From the sequence record OR805294.1: 64,000 bases of DNA; one strand, written 5' to 3'. Positions 60,647 to 64,000 of this stretch are shown here, one piece after another (positions within the stretch are counted from its first letter, which is position 1; each line of letters begins with the position of its first letter). The notes beneath the pieces are model-generated. The model was not told the DNA's origin. It did not search any database and worked only from the letters and a program-made list of their open reading frames with translations. A program made the position numbers and the translations under genes.

Positions 60647-61502
60647 AAAGGAAGGGGTTAAACCCCTTCCTTTTATTGTAGGTGTTAAATGTCATCAATT
60701 TTTTATCTTAGCAAATGGACAGAATACATAGTAATTTTAAACAATAAGAGAATAAGGTTAAGTACAGCGAAATATTCTATAGGATATGTATCACTAGAAA
60801 CACCTCGTCGCACATTTTACTGGACACTTTTTAAATGAAATACAATAATCGTATCTAAATAGCTACCTACCTTTATATCAAAAACCATTCTATGAAATAT
60901 ATTTCCCAAATCATATTACAAAAGTTATATTTGAATTTTGGATTCTTATCTCAACCTTGCATTGCAATATAAAATGCGAATATGAGTGTGCTGTATGTGT
61001 TTGCATACGCATGTACATACGCATAAACGTATTAAGAAATACAATTTATTTTATCCTATACGATTATCTTTAATACCTATATGTTGTTTGATAATAAAAG
61101 TATAATAAGTAAAAGATATTATCCATTGTATAATGGTTTTAATATATTTCGCTGTAGTGTCGGATGTATATATTTTTCATATGATAAAATGTCATTTATT
61201 CACGACATATTCATGCAAACCGTTTCGTTATTCCTTACAACGTTATTAATGTTTTTACTTATAACTCCGTTATATCATATAGGATTGAAAAATCCAGTCA
61301 ATATAACTACATTTGTTTCGTGTTTAATAATAACCATTCTTATAACAAGTTATTATTTTATGTCAGTTTTGACTTATATATTCTGTATTACCGTTCAGTC
61401 AATAATTTATAAAAGAAAGAAATAATTTAGTTTCTTTTTCATTATCAATATCTTTTTCTTTTTCAATATCTTTTTCTTTATCTTTTTCTTTATCTTTTAT
61501 CA

Positions 61503-61617
61503 TTGCAAATACAAATAATAATTATTCTTATTTGTATTTGCGATTAATTCTTATTTGTAATTGCGATTAATTCTTATTTGCTACAATAGATAGAATAAGA
61601 ATAATTCACATTTGCAA
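61503..61617. promoter_or_regulatory. second cluster of Fur-box-like palindromes
   Basis: AATAATAATTATTCTTATT, 2x GCGATTAATTCTTATTTG, AATAAGAATAATTCACATT (61594). Confidence 0.7.
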
Positions 61618-61772
61618 TGCCGCTAAAAGCGCTGTAAGCGCTGTATGTTGCGTAGTAGTGCTAAGCAATGCGTTAGTACAGCTACGCGCACAAACGCTGT
61701 TATGCGCGCTTGTAGCGCGTTTTAGGGCCCATGCGCATGCGTATACCTGTAGCTTTACATAGTAAAATGCAG
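61607..61772. other. GA/TC-free island (166 nt)
   Basis: hand scan; GCGC-rich. Confidence 0.85.
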
Positions 61773-61963
61773 AAAAGACGTCGTCTATTAACGTGCCTGT
61801 CTTAATAGAAATATACAATTGTACAATACCAGCGAAATCCTACACACTACAGACATGCAAACAAGCAACGTGCTTGCAAGCATAAAAGTTTTTAAAAAGT
61901 AGTAGACACAGTGTAGCATCCCTAGTAAGCTACACACATAAACAACACAACGGAGTACAAGCT

Positions 61964-62422
61964 ATGTCTAATGTAAGCATCCCTGCTGTAACTGTAGAGA
62001 ACATCGGCACCCTGCGCATCGTGCGCACCGCTAACAAAGAGGTCGGAAGTGTGCTCGACCTAAAAGTTAACGGGGTAGTAGTAGGGCAAGCTTTCCCGCT
62101 CTACAGCACAAAAACCCAGCGTAGCTGGAACGCAAGCATGCACGCTACCGTTAACGGTGTAGAGGTGCAGTTTGCACAGGAAGGCGTGTTCAGTGCAATC
62201 CGCATTGCACGGGCGTTCGAGGATGCAGTAAAGTATGCCGTTAGCAACGGCGAACAAGGGCAACCCCTCCCCGCCCCGGCGGCGGCAGAAGCGCAAGCAG
62301 AAGCGCAAGCAGAAGCCCCGGCGGCGCAGTCCGACGAGGCGCCGGAGACCCCGGCAGCCGAAGCTAAGCCCGCCCGCAAAGGCGGCAGCAAAGGCGGCAG
62401 CAAAGGCGGCAGCAAAAAGTAA
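61964..62422 (+). CDS. GC-rich early protein with AEAQ/PA and KGGSx3 tail; paralog of 43139..43843
   Basis: CGGAG RBS; shared N-terminal domain. Confidence 0.9.
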   Translation: MSNVSIPAVTVENIGTLRIVRTANKEVGSVLDLKVNGVVVGQAFPLYSTKTQRSWNASMHATVNGVEVQFAQEGVFSAIRIARAFEDAVKYAVSNGEQGQPLPAPAAAEAQAEAQAEAPAAQSDEAPETPAAEAKPARKGGSKGGSKGGSKK

Positions 62423-62437
62423 GCGCTGCTAACACAG

Positions 62438-62550
62438 GAAAGGGGCAACTGCCCCTTTCCTTTTATGTCCTAGTTGTAAACGCAAATTAATCTTATTTGC
62501 ATTTGCACAAGTCAATCTCCGGTTGCATTACTGCGGTAAGATGTTAGTAT
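62438..62550 (+). repeat. 113-bp regulatory cassette, copy 1 (terminator + box + promoter)
   Basis: identical to 63315-63427 except at 2 positions. Confidence 0.9.
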
Positions 62551-62576
62551 ATATGTAGCTATACGGAGTAATTGCT

Positions 62577-62807
62577 ATGAAGCGCAAGTACCTAAAGGCA
62601 CAGTTCGAGCATGTCAGTGCCGGGCGAGTTGCAAAAGAACTCGACGAGAAGTTCAATTTCGTTGTAGGCGATAATGTACACTACTGGGCCATCTTCGAAA
62701 CTAATGTCAAACCCGAAGTTCTACAAAAGGCAATTCATGACATGAACGGTGGTGCTTACTGCCATGCATATTCTATTCCGTATGAGGATGTAGAGGAGTA
62801 TCTCTAA
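62577..62807 (+). CDS. hypothetical protein
   Basis: CGGAG RBS after the cassette promoter. Confidence 0.8.
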   Translation: MKRKYLKAQFEHVSAGRVAKELDEKFNFVVGDNVHYWAIFETNVKPEVLQKAIHDMNGGAYCHAYSIPYEDVEEYL

Positions 62808-63021
62808 TGCTCTACTATCGCGATGTTTATGCAGGTGTTTGCTGTTAAACTTGTATAGCCGGCACCAGGTCGCATATAACACGCCTAGCCCCATGCAAAC
62901 TGCGGACATGATCCATTCACGCCTGCAGCGTATGTTCGAAGAATTCGGTTGCAAGCCCGATGGTTGCTCTGCTAGCATGTACGAGGATAAGACGCACATC
63001 ACATTAGCCTGGAGCAAGTAA

Positions 63022-63312
63022 ATGGATATGTCGATTGTGAACAAGCGCTTCGAGAAAGAACTAGCGCTGTTTAATGTCGAAGTTCTCGGTAAGCGCACAG
63101 TGAATCATATAACGAAACCGAACATCGAAGTTTCGTTCAAACTAAAGGGTCATACTACTGAAAAAGAGATGACCACTGTTACTCAGCTCGCACGTCCCAT
63201 TATGGAGTATGTAAGCGGACGTAGGGTGGTCTGGGCACATACCGGTCTTTGGCGCTCAATGAAAGACGACCTCGAAGTAGCAGTGCTGACAATGAAGTTA
63301 TCCAAACAATAA
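63022..63312 (+). CDS. hypothetical protein
   Basis: GGAG RBS. Confidence 0.75.
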   Translation: MDMSIVNKRFEKELALFNVEVLGKRTVNHITKPNIEVSFKLKGHTTEKEMTTVTQLARPIMEYVSGRRVVWAHTGLWRSMKDDLEVAVLTMKLSKQ

Positions 63313-63314
63313 GA

Positions 63315-63427
63315 GAAAGGGGCAACTGCCCCTTTCCTTTTATGTCCTAGTTGTAAATGCAAATTAATCTTATTTGCATTTGCACAAGTCAATCTCCTGT
63401 TGCATTACTGCGGTAAGATGTTAGTAT
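63315..63427 (+). repeat. 113-bp regulatory cassette, copy 2
   Basis: see copy 1. Confidence 0.9.
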
Positions 63428-63467
63428 GTGTTTAGCAGTAACACATAACTAGCAGGAGCAATAGACA

Positions 63468-63716
63468 ATGGCTAAAGTATTGCATGTTAACAGCATCGGC
63501 AACATCGCCGAAGTGTTTACATCTGTAGACCTCGACAGCGCCTTGTTGCACGCAATCAAGCGCTGTGCATTGATGGGCAAGGTTAAGGTTGTTGGTCCCA
63601 ACGCTCCCGTGTTTGCTAGCCATTACGACGCACTGAGAGCGTACGACGTGCAGTGGCGCCTAGTTCCTCCGGGCTGCGGCGTTACTTTGTACGTCATCGC
63701 CGAGGACAACAACTAA
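63468..63716 (+). CDS. hypothetical protein
   Basis: AGGAG RBS. Confidence 0.8.
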   Translation: MAKVLHVNSIGNIAEVFTSVDLDSALLHAIKRCALMGKVKVVGPNAPVFASHYDALRAYDVQWRLVPPGCGVTLYVIAEDNN

Positions 63717-63727
63717 GGAGAGACATA

Positions 63728-64000
63728 ATGAATCTCGTTCATCTGTGGATCAACGGGCGTGCTGTGACTGCCCGCAAGGTTGTCAGTAAACACACTGTCC
63801 GCAATCCGAACAGTCCGATCGATATCGAGACTATCGACGTTGTTCGACTGCGTCTGCCCCGTGGTGTTCGTGCTAGCAGTTGGACACTCCGTAAGGCAGT
63901 GTACCAGCTCATGGAGCAAAGCTGTAGCTGCTCGAGAGACTGTTGTGGACACTGGTTCGGCGGTGCACGCAAGATCTACATTAACGGCAGAGACATCAGT
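63728..64000 (+). CDS. Cys-cluster protein, runs off the window end
   Basis: AAGGAG RBS; open to the end; CSCSRDCCGHWFG. Confidence 0.75.
   Translation, partial: MNLVHLWINGRAVTARKVVSKHTVRNPNSPIDIETIDVVRLRLPRGVRASSWTLRKAVYQLMEQSCSCSRDCCGHWFGGARKIYINGRDIS

Overview
A 64 kb segment of an AT-rich, T4-related-style jumbo bacteriophage genome, almost entirely + strand. The host is probably Pseudomonas: the GC-rich genes use Pseudomonas-like codons and a block at 49.6-52.8 kb resembles Pseudomonas temperate-phage genes. From memory and unverified, the 12-tRNA set and layout resemble the PA5oct/MIJ3 group, for which four ncRNAs and poorly transcribed regions were reported. Recognisable genes: SleB-type hydrolase, BCS1-like AAA ATPase, three HExxH metalloprotease-like proteins, SGNH esterase, TraR/DksA zinc finger, TilS, an M23-like peptidase, an RMF-like protein and 12 tRNAs. 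The unexplained structure is more interesting: (1) an array of about 40 hypervariable ~100-aa paralogs built from two copies of a short motif, with a fresh tandem duplication and broken copies, centred on a candidate replication origin at ~34.2 kb; (2) dispersed 120-220 bp islands with no GA/TC dinucleotide, several spaced about 10-12 kb apart; (3) four promoter-driven, ORF-free, highly structured candidate ncRNAs; (4) a Fur-box-like palindrome repeated in terminator-box-promoter cassettes; (5) a two-tier codon system matched to phage tRNAs and TilS. All counts were made by hand; no database search was possible.
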